The translations under genes were made by a program, and so were the position numbers. A DNA stretch of 60,032 nucleotides, counting the filler. It is 6 parts of 6 records of this genome, joined end to end, with 100 filler letters (N's around TTAATTAATTAA, not from the genome) between each part and the next. Parts side by side here need not be neighbours in the genome. Positions count along the whole stretch, not along the records: positions 1 to 13,586 come from SRR31156797_8340; 5 more parts are not named here. One strand, given 5' to 3'. This document shows positions 1-9,612 of this stretch, piece after piece (within the stretch, counting starts at the first letter, position 1; each line of letters opens with the position of its first letter). The notes below the pieces were generated by a model, which saw only the letters and a list, made by a program, of their open reading frames with translations, ran no database searches and was not told the DNA's origin.

Positions 1-255
1 ATATATCTTGGAATCCAGGGTGAATTCCCGAATGGAAGCACCTTTTTCTTTCTCAAAAAATTCCCTGGCCAGCTTTTGCACTTGGGCCTCCACCCAGCCC
101 CCGCCAATGGTGCCGGTGATATGGCCGTCTTCGTGGACAAGCATTTTGGTTCCGGCCGACCGGGGGGCGGACCCCTGCTTGCTCAATATGGTGACCATGA
201 CCACGGGCTTGCCCTGGCTTAAACTATTCTGCAATTTTTCTATATTCTTGCGCAT
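1..255 (-). CDS. xdhC: XdhC/CoxI-family molybdenum cofactor maturation factor, N-terminal part (runs off window start)
   Basis: Not in the ORF track. Manual translation from ATG 255: MRKNIEKLQNSLSQGKPVVMVTILSKQGSAPRSAGTKMLVHEDGHITGTIGGGWVEAQV; GSAPR..G.KM and GTIGGG..E are XdhC motifs. Confidence 0.9.
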   Translation of the reverse strand, partial: MRKNIEKLQNSLSQGKPVVMVTILSKQGSAPRSAGTKMLVHEDGHITGTIGGGWVEAQVQKLAREFFEKEKGASIREFTLDSKIY

Positions 256-1564
256 CTTCTACTCTCTTTATTTTGCGTTTCATCGGGTTTGAAAAAAGTT
301 TATTACTGGAATGGGCGACACGGTTCAAGCTTAAAACGCCCTGGTCCATTGACTGCTTCAGGGAAGGAATTCCATTCAGCTTCCGCCGGATTGCCAGGTC
401 AAGGTCAATGCCGGCCCCGGGCACAGCCCAGAACTCAATAATCACCAGATCGTGGTTTTCCCGCCGCACCACGCTGACCTCAAAATCCACGATGTCGTCC
501 AGCTGAAAAATGGCCTCATCCATCTCGTCAAGGCGCAGCTCGCTTCCTTCCATTTTATATACGCTACGGCCCCTCACCCTGTCCAGGCGTCTTAACTTTG
601 ATCCACAGGCGCACCCGGAGGTGAGAAACCGGGAGATATCCCCGGTCCGGTAACGAATCAAGGGCATGCCCGTCCGGGTCAGGGTGGTGAGGACGATCTC
701 TCCCCAGCGGCCATCAGGTACGGGCCTGCCCCGGCCATCCACGATTTCCAGGTAAAGATCCGCCTCCCGGAGGTGGCATCCCCCAAGTGCTTGGCACTCC
801 ACCCCTCCCCCAAGCCCTGTTTCGGTGAGACCGTAATGGTTGAACACGGGACAGTTCCAGGCCCTGTTAATGGCACCGGTTATACTGCCGGGCACATAAT
901 CCCCGCTCAACAGCACACTTTTGATCCGGCCCGGGGCAATCTTCCGGCTCCGGCGGGCAAGGCTGAGCACCTGAACCGGCAGGCCGATGAGGCAGTCTAT
1001 GGCAAGATCATTGATCTTTTCGATCACAGGATCCGGCTCCTCCACCAGGCCGTGGACCACGGCCTCACATCCGATCCGCCCAAGTCCCGTGGACAGTCTT
1101 TCCCCCACGGAGCCAAGGTTGGGCCCGGGCATGAGCACCATCACCCGTTGTCCCGGCGTTACCAGGGCTTTCATGCCCTGGGCGAAGAAATCCGCAGTCA
1201 GCTCCAGGTCGTCCAAGGTAAAATAGATCCGCTTGGGACAGGCCGTGGTGCCTGAGGTTTGAAGGGTGACCACCCTTGCGATCTCCCCCTGGGAGACACA
1301 GAGCATCTGCAAGGCTGAGTCCGCAAGATCCCGGGGAAAGGTGAACGGCAGCCTGGTAATATCCGCCATGGATTTCAACCCATGGGGATCCACGTCCTTT
1401 AAATGGCGCCGGTAAAAAGGGCTGTTCCGGCGTGCATGGTCAAGGGTCCTGTTCAGCATGGCCAGCTGATAGTCCCGCAAACGTCCCGGGTCCGGCACAT
1501 CTCCCTTGGGAAGGCCGATTTTGTCGGCAATCCATTCCTGTAACGGGGTCGTCTCCATGGTCAT
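224..1564 (-). CDS. AMP-dependent CoA ligase, PaaK-like (DVU_1553 family)
   Basis: TSGTT P-loop, HYGLTETG, PLIRYRTGD; start moved to ATG 1564, which overlaps the upstream stop (TAATG). Confidence 0.85.
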   Translation of the reverse strand: MTMETTPLQEWIADKIGLPKGDVPDPGRLRDYQLAMLNRTLDHARRNSPFYRRHLKDVDPHGLKSMADITRLPFTFPRDLADSALQMLCVSQGEIARVVTLQTSGTTACPKRIYFTLDDLELTADFFAQGMKALVTPGQRVMVLMPGPNLGSVGERLSTGLGRIGCEAVVHGLVEEPDPVIEKINDLAIDCLIGLPVQVLSLARRSRKIAPGRIKSVLLSGDYVPGSITGAINRAWNCPVFNHYGLTETGLGGGVECQALGGCHLREADLYLEIVDGRGRPVPDGRWGEIVLTTLTRTGMPLIRYRTGDISRFLTSGCACGSKLRRLDRVRGRSVYKMEGSELRLDEMDEAIFQLDDIVDFEVSVVRRENHDLVIIEFWAVPGAGIDLDLAIRRKLNGIPSLKQSMDQGVLSLNRVAHSSNKLFSNPMKRKIKRVEDAQEYRKIAE

Positions 1565-3006
1565 TATTTCCTGTACAGGCTCCTGCCCCGGACATCGGTG
1601 AGGTTGTACATGCAAAAGGGAATCAAACCGCCGTCAGGGGAGAGCACATGGATGCAGCAATCCCGCACCCGTTCCAGATCCAGGTTCCACGCATCCTGAA
1701 AGGCCATGCAGGAGATGGAAAACAGGTGGGTCTTCAACCGGCCCAGGAACATGTCCAGGTCCACGGGCTCGCCAGCCCCGGGCAACCCGGACGCCATGGG
1801 CTGCAACGAGAATCCGGGCCTTGGCCGCTCCTTGTTTTCCGATCCTTGCCGTGCACTGTCTCCTGTTTCCATATGATGTTGATGTTCGTTCTCCTTTACC
1901 AAAGGAGAGGCCCATTGCCTGGCAATAAAACCGATGGTTTTGCTTGCGCCCTCGTGACCGTCTTCAAACGTTGTAACGGGTTGATGGCGGGTCAGGGGCA
2001 TCAGCGTCCCATCGGGCATCGGCACAAAATTGCCATGGAATGAGCACAGGGCGTTCTCTCAGCCGGGGGGCCGGAAATGTACGGCCCTGATCCCGGTCTG
2101 GTCTTCCACGGCCTGGATCACCTGGGGCAGGGTCATCCTGTCCCCGTCCCCGGCGGGCTTTGGATAGCGGCCAAAGTAACTGACGGGCTGGAAATGCACC
2201 CCCCGCACATGGGGACTGTTTTCCAGGCCGAATCGTATGATATCCCCCACCTGGCGGTCGTTTACCCCCGGCACCAGGGTGGGCACCAGCACCACCCCCA
2301 GGTTATGGGACCGGCAATTGGCAATGGCCCGCTCCTTGATCGCCTGGAGGTTTCGGCCCCGGAGTTTTTGATGCACCCTGTCATCCACCCCGTCAAACTG
2401 CAGGAACACACTGTCCAGCCCCGCCTGCTTCAGCCGTCCCGCAAAATCATCCTCTTCGGCCAGGCGCAGGCCGTTGGTGTTGACCTGGATAAAGCCGAAC
2501 CCCATCTCCTTGCCCATGGCAATGATTTCGGGAAGATCATCCCTGACCGTGGGTTCTCCCCCTGAAAGCTGGATATTGCACCCGCCGCCGGTATAGTGTT
2601 TGATCTCCCCATACCAGGCCCGGACCTGCTCGAGTCCGGGATCGGCAGCCCCGTCACCGCTGTCGGCAAAGCAGACCGGGCAGTGAAGGTTGCAGCGCCA
2701 GGTGATCTCCAGAAGCGCTGTGCAGGTGCGCTGGCGGTGGTCGGGGCACAGGCCGCAATCAAAGGGGCATCCCTTTTCCACGGAGGTGGCGTGCCGGGCC
2801 GGACCGGCCGGGGTTTTGCCCCGGGTCCAGGTTTTCATGTCCGGGTCACCCTTCCAGATGATGGTTTCCATGGGGCCGTGCTCCGGGCACTCCTTGACCA
2901 GCCAGACCCCCTCATTTTTCTGAACCCGGGTTGCGGACAGCTTTTTCAGGCAATAGGGACAAAGGCTTTGGGTATGGGCCAGGACCCGTTCTTTTTCAAT
3001 CGTCAT
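1564..3006 (-). CDS. trsS: Radical SAM (seleno)protein TrsS; in-frame TGA at 2061-2059 read as Sec
   Basis: ORFs 2059..3033 and 1564..2025 share a frame and are joined by TGA plus 11 sense codons (RPPG-U-ENALCSFHGNF). CNLHCPVC radical SAM motif, N-terminal CPYC/CPEHG/CPFDCGLC, C-terminal CCIH..IPFCMYN. Confidence 0.85.
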
Positions 3007-3451
3007 CTCTGGCCTGGCCCGGATCCATACCATTCTCCACCAGCAGCTGCATCACCTTGTCGTAGGTATCGGCAATGAGCTGGCCGCACCGGGGCGCCAT
3101 TTCCACGGACCCTGCCTTGTTCTCCGTAATCTGGTGGCAAAGGGTGCCCCCGTATTCCATGGTCCGGTCGGCAAACCACTCATTCAGCTGAGCCAGCATG
3201 GGCTTAAACCCTTCCAGCTCCTGTTCATCATCAGCGCCCTTGCCCCCATACAAAGCTAAAATACAGACGCCGCCGGCCAGGGCGCCGCAAGATCCGGCGC
3301 AGTTTCCCAGCCCCTTGGCAAGTCCGGCCATGGCCCGGACCAGCGCCGGGTTCTCCCTGCCCTGCTCTTCCAAAGCCAGGATCATCATCATCTGGCTGCA
3401 GGGATAGTCCTTCACCTGTAACGGCATCAGACGCATTATGGTATCACTCAT
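2996..3451 (-). CDS. C-GCAxxG-C-C family redox protein (DVU_1555 family)
   Basis: CSQ...CGALAGG...LC...RC cysteine pattern; operon context. Confidence 0.85.
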   Translation of the reverse strand: MSDTIMRLMPLQVKDYPCSQMMMILALEEQGRENPALVRAMAGLAKGLGNCAGSCGALAGGVCILALYGGKGADDEQELEGFKPMLAQLNEWFADRTMEYGGTLCHQITENKAGSVEMAPRCGQLIADTYDKVMQLLVENGMDPGQARDDD

Positions 3452-3471
3452 CGTTTCCTCTAAACTCCTCT

Positions 3472-4194
3472 CTAACGTTTCTTTTCGGCAATGATCCTGA
3501 AGTACCCCGGGCGGCTGGCCTTGATGGTTTCACAGGTCTTGCGGGCGGCCCTGCAATCCTGTCCGAACACCCCGGCCCAGAATTTTTCCAGGGAACCGTG
3601 GTCAAAGATGGCCTGACCGGCCAGCTGGGTCAGGACCGGGGAGAGATCCTCCCACAGGATATGATCAAAGCCCGCCCCTTCCACGAGGGACGCCATTTCA
3701 TTCTGGCCCACGGCCCTGCGGAACCCGCAGGCCAGGGGAATGCGCTTCATGGCGTCGTAATATTCTTTTTCCCTCAGATAAATATCGCAGAGCACCAGTG
3801 TTCCCCCGGGGCGGAGCACCCGCATGAACTCCGCCAGGGTGACTGCCATGTCCGGTGTCAGGGAGAGCACACACTCACAGAACAGGGCGTCGAAACTTGC
3901 GGACCGGAACGGCATGGTCTGGCCCTCGGCCTGGACGGCCGGGATACCCGCCCCGGCTTTCAGCAGCTCAAAATCCCTGTCAAGGCCCATGGAGCACCCA
4001 GAAAAATCCCTTGCGAGCATCTCTGCCGCTGCGCCATACCCGCACCCCACATCCAGGACCCTGTCCCCGGGTTTCAGACCGCATTTTACGGCCGACGCCC
4101 GGGTAAGCCCAAGCCCGCCGGGCCGGAGCACGGGGCCGGTCAGTTTTTGCAGCGCAGGGCTTTTATACAGGGGCTTTGAGATCACATCATCCAT
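3472..4194 (-). CDS. Class I SAM-dependent methyltransferase (DVU_1556 family)
   Basis: LRPGG, VLDVGCGYG, ECVLS, RVLRPGG; start set at ATG 4194. Confidence 0.85.
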   Translation of the reverse strand: MDDVISKPLYKSPALQKLTGPVLRPGGLGLTRASAVKCGLKPGDRVLDVGCGYGAAAEMLARDFSGCSMGLDRDFELLKAGAGIPAVQAEGQTMPFRSASFDALFCECVLSLTPDMAVTLAEFMRVLRPGGTLVLCDIYLREKEYYDAMKRIPLACGFRRAVGQNEMASLVEGAGFDHILWEDLSPVLTQLAGQAIFDHGSLEKFWAGVFGQDCRAARKTCETIKASRPGYFRIIAEKKR

Positions 4195-4199
4195 CAACG

Positions 4200-4412
4200 T
4201 TATTTGTCTTCCAGTAATTTTTCCACTTCCAGCATCTTGCCCAGGGCGATCTCCTCCGGCACCAGGGCCATGCCGCATTGGGGACAGCAGGGAAGTTCCA
4301 CCGTGAAACTGCCGTTCATATAATCGATCCTGACCTTGCCAAGCTTAAGCAGCTCATCGCAGGCGCAGCATTTCCATTCCGTGTTTTCCCCTATTCCCAG
4401 GTTGGTTATCAT
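4200..4412 (-). CDS. Small CxxC...CPxCG redox/Zn-ribbon protein (DVU_1557 family)
   Basis: WKCCAC...LPCCPQCG...LEDK; ATG 4412 overlaps the upstream TGA (ATGA). Confidence 0.8.
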   Translation of the reverse strand: MITNLGIGENTEWKCCACDELLKLGKVRIDYMNGSFTVELPCCPQCGMALVPEEIALGKMLEVEKLLEDK

Positions 4413-6703
4413 GCGTTCTCCCCCATGATCTGCATACGGTGACAATAACTGTTGTAAACATGGTATCCGTTTTCAGCCACGGAATATTCGACCCAGAAGG
4501 TGACCATGAGCGGACGGTGACAGGCCAGGAAATGACCGCTCTCTTGACTTTGCATTTTCCGCCCGGTTTCTTCGGCATGGGCAATGGTTGCCCGGATATC
4601 CTGATGCAGGATTCGCCTTTGGTCCAAAATTGCCTGGACCTCAGGGCTGATATGGAGCATCATCGCCCCGCCTTCCTCCGGCGCTTCCTTCCACACCCGG
4701 TTAAAGAGGTCTTTCTTCAGCCGTATCCTGTTTTCACGGCTGTCCGACAATCCGGTCTTATCCCGGGCCGAGGGATCTCCCCCCGCCGCCCCCCCGGGAA
4801 AGATGAAATCCAGGAGATGGGCGGTCCGCTTGCCGGCCCCCCTGAGGCTCTCCCGGCACATGGCGCAGTAAGCCAGATAATCCAGATCACTTTCAGCGGT
4901 TCTGCGCTCAAGCTGCTTTTGGGCAAGGGCGGGGTTGGCATTTTCCATGAGGCCGCCGAACCCGCAGCATTCGGTCTTTTCCCGGCTGAACTCAAGCTCC
5001 TCAAGGGTGATGCCAAGCTTTGCGGCCAGGTGCCGGGCGGCGTCCTGGAGTTTGGGTTCATGGCGGGAGGTGCAGGGGTCATGAATTGCCATGGTCCGAC
5101 CTGGGGATCTGTCGGCATCCAAGGGCAGTTCGCATTGATCCATCACCTCCCATAGAGAAAGGATCTCTACTTGGGGCAGGTATCGCCTGAACATATCCAG
5201 GCAGGAGGAACAGGCCAGGATCATCCGGGGCTTGCCCATCTTCTGCCAGTTTTCTTCAAGCAGAGCGATGGCGGCGCTGGTTTTGGGTTCATCCCCGGCC
5301 CAGTGGGCCGGAGCAGCACAGCACTGGAGCATGAGCCCCGTGTCTTCCGCCCAGTTGCCGCGTAAAAAAGAGTAGGTTTGAATCACGTGCTCCGGATTGG
5401 ATCCGCTCAGCTGGCAGCCGGGGAAGAATGCAAACCGGCTGGTTTCATGGTCCGGAGCATGCCTTGTGAGCATGAACGGTTCCGAATTGCTGAACGCCAT
5501 ATCCTGGAGGGCGAATTCATGGGCGGACGGCGGCATTTTCCTGCGCTGAACAAGATCCCTGCGGGCATCCAGGCAGAGGTCGGCCATGGAGAAGTTTTCC
5601 GGGCAGATCTCCTGGCACAGGCCGCACAGGCTGCAGGAATTGACCATGAGGTTGGCGGCGTGGTTGCCCATGACAATGGAGGCGTTGTTGTAGATCTCCC
5701 GGGCATACCGCTTGGGATACCCCTTGAAATGATCCAGGTAGGGGCACACCTTCAGGCATTCCAGGCAATGGCACTGGATGCAGCGTTGGGCCTCGGCCCG
5801 GGCCTCGTCAGGGGTATAGCCCTTTTCCCCATTGACGGGCATCACCAAAGACACCGGCTCAATATCTTCGGTATTGGTAAAAAGCCGGGTGGGGTACGGC
5901 CCCTCGTCCCCGCGCCCTTGCAGCAGGCTGACCTTCTGGACAAACCGTTCCATGGAAAGGGCCGCGGCCCTGCCCTGGAAACACTGGCGCACGGTTGACT
6001 GGTTGCCGGACGGATCAGGGACGCCGCCGGCAAACACGCCGTCATCCCCAAGGGCAAATGTCTTTTCCGAAGGCATTTTGCCATTGGCCACGCGGACGCC
6101 ATTGGGGCTGTCCAGGCCAAGATAGACGGCGGAGAACGCTTCCCGCAACGGGTCGAGCAGGCCCTGGCCCAGCTTCTTTTTTTCCACCTTCAGGCCAAGG
6201 GTGGCAAGGGTCTGAAGCTCCTGTTCCAGGATATCCTTGGGAAGGGTATCGTCTGGAAGCTCCCAAAGGCAGCCCCCAAGCTTATCCAGGGAGCTGAACA
6301 GGGTGACATCATACCCCTTGCGCAAAAGATCCAGGGCCGCCACCAGGGAGCTCAGGCTCTCTCCCACCACGGCCATGCCCTCGCTCTTTTTCGGCATGGG
6401 AATCACCCGGATTCGGGGTTTGGGCTGGTTTACGCAGGCTTTTTCAAGCTCGCCGATACGGACGGCACCCCCAAGATCGCTCCTTAAGCAACTGTTTTCA
6501 CAGGGATGGTCACAGATCCGGCCCAGAATGCCGGGAAACGGCAGGGTCTTGTTCAGGGTTTTCCAGGCATCGTTCCATTTTCCCTTCCCTACCTGAACAA
6601 CAAAAGTGCGTACATCCACGTGCAGGGGACAGGCGGACCGGCAGGCCGGGGCCTCCTCCTGAATACAGTGCTTTTCCACCTGGCGCAGTGTTTTCTGATC
6701 CAT
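4409..6703 (-). CDS. Pyridine nucleotide-disulfide oxidoreductase / dicluster Fe-S / CCG-domain protein
   Basis: GltD-like N-terminus (CRSACPLH, GRICDHPCE), two 4Fe-4S motifs (CIQCHCLEC..C, CSLCGLC...C), CCG domains (FFPGC, HDPC, CCGFGG). Confidence 0.85.
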   Translation of the reverse strand: MDQKTLRQVEKHCIQEEAPACRSACPLHVDVRTFVVQVGKGKWNDAWKTLNKTLPFPGILGRICDHPCENSCLRSDLGGAVRIGELEKACVNQPKPRIRVIPMPKKSEGMAVVGESLSSLVAALDLLRKGYDVTLFSSLDKLGGCLWELPDDTLPKDILEQELQTLATLGLKVEKKKLGQGLLDPLREAFSAVYLGLDSPNGVRVANGKMPSEKTFALGDDGVFAGGVPDPSGNQSTVRQCFQGRAAALSMERFVQKVSLLQGRGDEGPYPTRLFTNTEDIEPVSLVMPVNGEKGYTPDEARAEAQRCIQCHCLECLKVCPYLDHFKGYPKRYAREIYNNASIVMGNHAANLMVNSCSLCGLCQEICPENFSMADLCLDARRDLVQRRKMPPSAHEFALQDMAFSNSEPFMLTRHAPDHETSRFAFFPGCQLSGSNPEHVIQTYSFLRGNWAEDTGLMLQCCAAPAHWAGDEPKTSAAIALLEENWQKMGKPRMILACSSCLDMFRRYLPQVEILSLWEVMDQCELPLDADRSPGRTMAIHDPCTSRHEPKLQDAARHLAAKLGITLEELEFSREKTECCGFGGLMENANPALAQKQLERRTAESDLDYLAYCAMCRESLRGAGKRTAHLLDFIFPGGAAGGDPSARDKTGLSDSRENRIRLKKDLFNRVWKEAPEEGGAMMLHISPEVQAILDQRRILHQDIRATIAHAEETGRKMQSQESGHFLACHRPLMVTFWVEYSVAENGYHVYNSYCHRMQIMGENA

Positions 6704-6720
6704 CTTTCTCCTCATACGAC

Positions 6721-6756
6721 AAGGGGCGGCTCCGGCAGATGCCGGAACCGCCCTTT
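6721..6756. other. Strong GC-rich intercistronic hairpin downstream of mop
   Basis: aaggggcggctccggca-ga-tgccggaaccgcccttt; no long U-tract on the minus strand. Confidence 0.6.
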
Positions 6757-6788
6757 GCCGGTTATATCATGCGCAACGAATCAAGCCG

Positions 6789-9506
6789 TTACTTGGGCAT
6801 GGCCGCCAGCACCTTTTCAGGACGGGCGGGCAGCTCCCTGATCCGTGCGCCGCAGGCATTGTAAATGGCGTTGATGATGGCCGCATGGGGAGCGGTCAGG
6901 GGCATCTCGCCGGTACCGGCAGCGCCGAAGGGTCCGCGCTCACGGGGCGTCTCAATGTACATGATCTCCATATTGTCCGGAATCTGCTTGATGTAGGGGA
7001 ATCCCGCTCCGGCCAGGGTGGAGTGCTTCTTGATATCCTCATAATCTTCGGACAGGGCCAGGCCGACGCCCTGGGCCACACCGCCGTAGATCTGACCGTC
7101 AACAACCAGCTTGTTGTTGATGGAACCCACATCGGCGCCAATCACGATATTATCAACCGTGGTTTTACCGGTGGCCACCTCAACCGCAACCTCTGTCAGG
7201 AACACGCCGTACATGTAGCCTGCCAGGGGATCACCCTGGGCAAACTCATCGCCATCGGCGCAGGGCGCGGACCATTTGCCGTGGAACTTGGTCTCAAGAC
7301 CGTCGGCCTTCATCTCCGCATGGTTGCGGAAGGTGCCGTCCGCCTTCTGGGCGGCATCGAGCAGGGCCTTACAGCCGTTGAGGATCGCCTGGCCGATCAC
7401 CATCTGGGAACGGCTGCCGCCGGCGGGACCGGCATTGGGGCAGAGGCTGGTGTCGTTCATCACAAGCCGGATCTGATCCGGTGCGATCTTCATGGGCCGC
7501 AGGGCCTCATGGGCGGTTCCAAGAACGCCCTGGTCAGCACCCTGGCCATGGTCATGCCATGTGGCAAAAACAGTGACCGTATCGTCCTCGTTGAGCTCCA
7601 CATCGATCTCAGCCGTATCCGGGCCGTCCAGACCGGAACCGTAAACACCCACGGCAACGCCCACACCGCGCTTGACTTCGTCTGTGGACTCGGCTTCGGC
7701 TTTTGCCTTGGCCGCTTCGTACTTGGGACGAATCAGGTCAATGAGATCCGGCAGGGAGTAAGCATCGGGTTCACATCCGGTGGGAGTGGTGGCGCCTTTG
7801 CGATACACATTTTTGTACCGCAGCTCCAGGGGATCCATGCCCATCTTTTCCGCCAGCTCGTCAATGAGCACTTCCGAGGGGAACTCGCTCTCAGGCGCGC
7901 CATAGCCGCGGAACGCAGCGCCCCAGCAGTGGTTGGTGCAAACGGTGCGGCCTTCACCCCGGATGCTTGGAATGTCATAGCCGGCACCGATGAACTGGGC
8001 GCCGCGAAGGGTGAGCAGATCCCCGAACTCGGAATAAGGACCATGGTCAACGGACCAGTCGGTCTCCATGCCCAGGAATTTTCCTTCCTTGTCGGCGGCC
8101 AGGCGCACATTGGTCAGGAACGGAGAGCGCTTGCCCGTATACTGCTGCTGCTGCTTGTAGGTGTACTCAAGATAGCAGGGACGGCCCGTGGCCAGGGTGG
8201 CCACACCCAGCAGGGCTTCCATGGTCGGGCTGAACTTGTAGCCGAAGGTGCCGCCGGTGGGGTTCTGGACCATGATCATGTTTTCAGGCTCGACACCGAG
8301 GCCCGGAGCGATCATATGCATGTGCAGGTGCAGTCCGATGGACTTGGACTGGATCACCAGTTTTCCTTCTTCGTTCATGTAGGAGTACCCTACATCCGGC
8401 TCGATGGGCAGATGGGGCTGGCGGCCGACATAGTAGTCGCCCTCCACCACATGCTCGGCCTTGTCAAAAATGGGAGCGGTATCTTCGCCCTTGGCAACCT
8501 TCTGGATATAGTAGACATTGGGCGTTCCGGGATGAATCTCGATGGCGTCATCCGCCATGGCGGCCGGGGCGCTCATGTACTCGGGCAGCTGCTCGAGCTC
8601 GACCTTGACCTTGGCCGCGGCTGCATCCGCCTGTTTCTTGGTGTCGGCGCATACAAGGGCAATGGCGTCGCCATACTGGAACACCTTTTCATCACAAAGG
8701 ATGGGACGGTCCCACCCGTCACCCTTGTTGGAGGCGAAGGTGATGAGACCCGTGATGCGGTTCTTGCCCTTGACATCCTTATGGGTCAGGACACTGTGAA
8801 CGCCGGGCATCTTTTCCGCTTCCGAGGTATCGATGGAGAGGATGTTTGCGTGGGACACTTCCGCCTGAACCATGGCGATTTTCAAGGTATCCTCGGGCAT
8901 GAGGATGCCCTGGTCCGCGCCGAACATCCATGTACCGGTCACCTTTGCCACGGATGAGGGACGGGGCATGCTGCTGCCCCAGATGCGGCCGTCTTCGGGA
9001 ATCTTGAAGGCAAGCTCTTCCGCGGTCATTTCGCCGCGAAGCACCTTGCCCGCATCCATGACGGAATCCACAAGCTGTTTGTAGCCCGTGCAACGGCATG
9101 CGTTCTTATATTTCTGGAACCAGTCGCGAATATCATTCCGGGAGGGATTGGGGTTGGAATCGAGCAGCGCCTTGGAAGAAACAATGAATCCAGGGGTGCA
9201 GAATCCGCACTGGGCGCCGCCATGGGCGATCCAGGCAAGCTGGATGGGATGAAGGTTGTCAGGGGTTCCGATGCCTTCGATGGTGGTAATGGCCGCCCCT
9301 TCAGGCACACGGCTCATCTTGGTGATGCAGGAGCGGATCAGTTTGCCGTCCATGATAACATTGCAGGCACCGCACTGGCCTGCGTCACAGCCGACCTTGA
9401 CACCCAGCACCAGCAACTGCTTGCGCAGAACGGTGGAGAGGGTGTCTTTGGGATTCGCCAGAACGGTTCTGAGAACCCCATTCACATTGAGTGTCTTTTT
9501 TAACAT
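6789..9506 (-). CDS. mop: Molybdopterin-dependent aldehyde oxidoreductase (Mop; single-chain xanthine oxidase family, two 2Fe-2S clusters)
   Basis: GCDAGQCGAC, QCGFC, CRCTGY, GGTFGYK, AFRGYG, catalytic Glu in GTGEMP; 905 aa, similar in size and layout to Desulfovibrio Mop. Confidence 0.95.
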   Translation of the reverse strand: MLKKTLNVNGVLRTVLANPKDTLSTVLRKQLLVLGVKVGCDAGQCGACNVIMDGKLIRSCITKMSRVPEGAAITTIEGIGTPDNLHPIQLAWIAHGGAQCGFCTPGFIVSSKALLDSNPNPSRNDIRDWFQKYKNACRCTGYKQLVDSVMDAGKVLRGEMTAEELAFKIPEDGRIWGSSMPRPSSVAKVTGTWMFGADQGILMPEDTLKIAMVQAEVSHANILSIDTSEAEKMPGVHSVLTHKDVKGKNRITGLITFASNKGDGWDRPILCDEKVFQYGDAIALVCADTKKQADAAAAKVKVELEQLPEYMSAPAAMADDAIEIHPGTPNVYYIQKVAKGEDTAPIFDKAEHVVEGDYYVGRQPHLPIEPDVGYSYMNEEGKLVIQSKSIGLHLHMHMIAPGLGVEPENMIMVQNPTGGTFGYKFSPTMEALLGVATLATGRPCYLEYTYKQQQQYTGKRSPFLTNVRLAADKEGKFLGMETDWSVDHGPYSEFGDLLTLRGAQFIGAGYDIPSIRGEGRTVCTNHCWGAAFRGYGAPESEFPSEVLIDELAEKMGMDPLELRYKNVYRKGATTPTGCEPDAYSLPDLIDLIRPKYEAAKAKAEAESTDEVKRGVGVAVGVYGSGLDGPDTAEIDVELNEDDTVTVFATWHDHGQGADQGVLGTAHEALRPMKIAPDQIRLVMNDTSLCPNAGPAGGSRSQMVIGQAILNGCKALLDAAQKADGTFRNHAEMKADGLETKFHGKWSAPCADGDEFAQGDPLAGYMYGVFLTEVAVEVATGKTTVDNIVIGADVGSINNKLVVDGQIYGGVAQGVGLALSEDYEDIKKHSTLAGAGFPYIKQIPDNMEIMYIETPRERGPFGAAGTGEMPLTAPHAAIINAIYNACGARIRELPARPEKVLAAMPK

Positions 9507-9612
9507 CCGAATGTTACTCCTTTATGGTTAAATCGATTTTTCGGTAAAATCAGTAAGGCCCAATTGCTTTGCTGAACGAAATGAAAATATGTTGCGAATC
9601 CCCGGACAAGGT

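Noticed and set aside
2059-2061. Nonsense mutation/pseudogene, or two separate genes
   Set aside because: The stop is TGA at a position where this family has Cys/Sec, and the frame continues with family-typical sequence; Sec is more parsimonious, though not proven.
6885-8957. 690-aa plus-strand ORF antisense to mop
   Set aside because: Shadow ORF produced by the GC-rich codon bias of mop; no recognisable motifs. The same applies to the many short overlapping ORFs in 1-10600.
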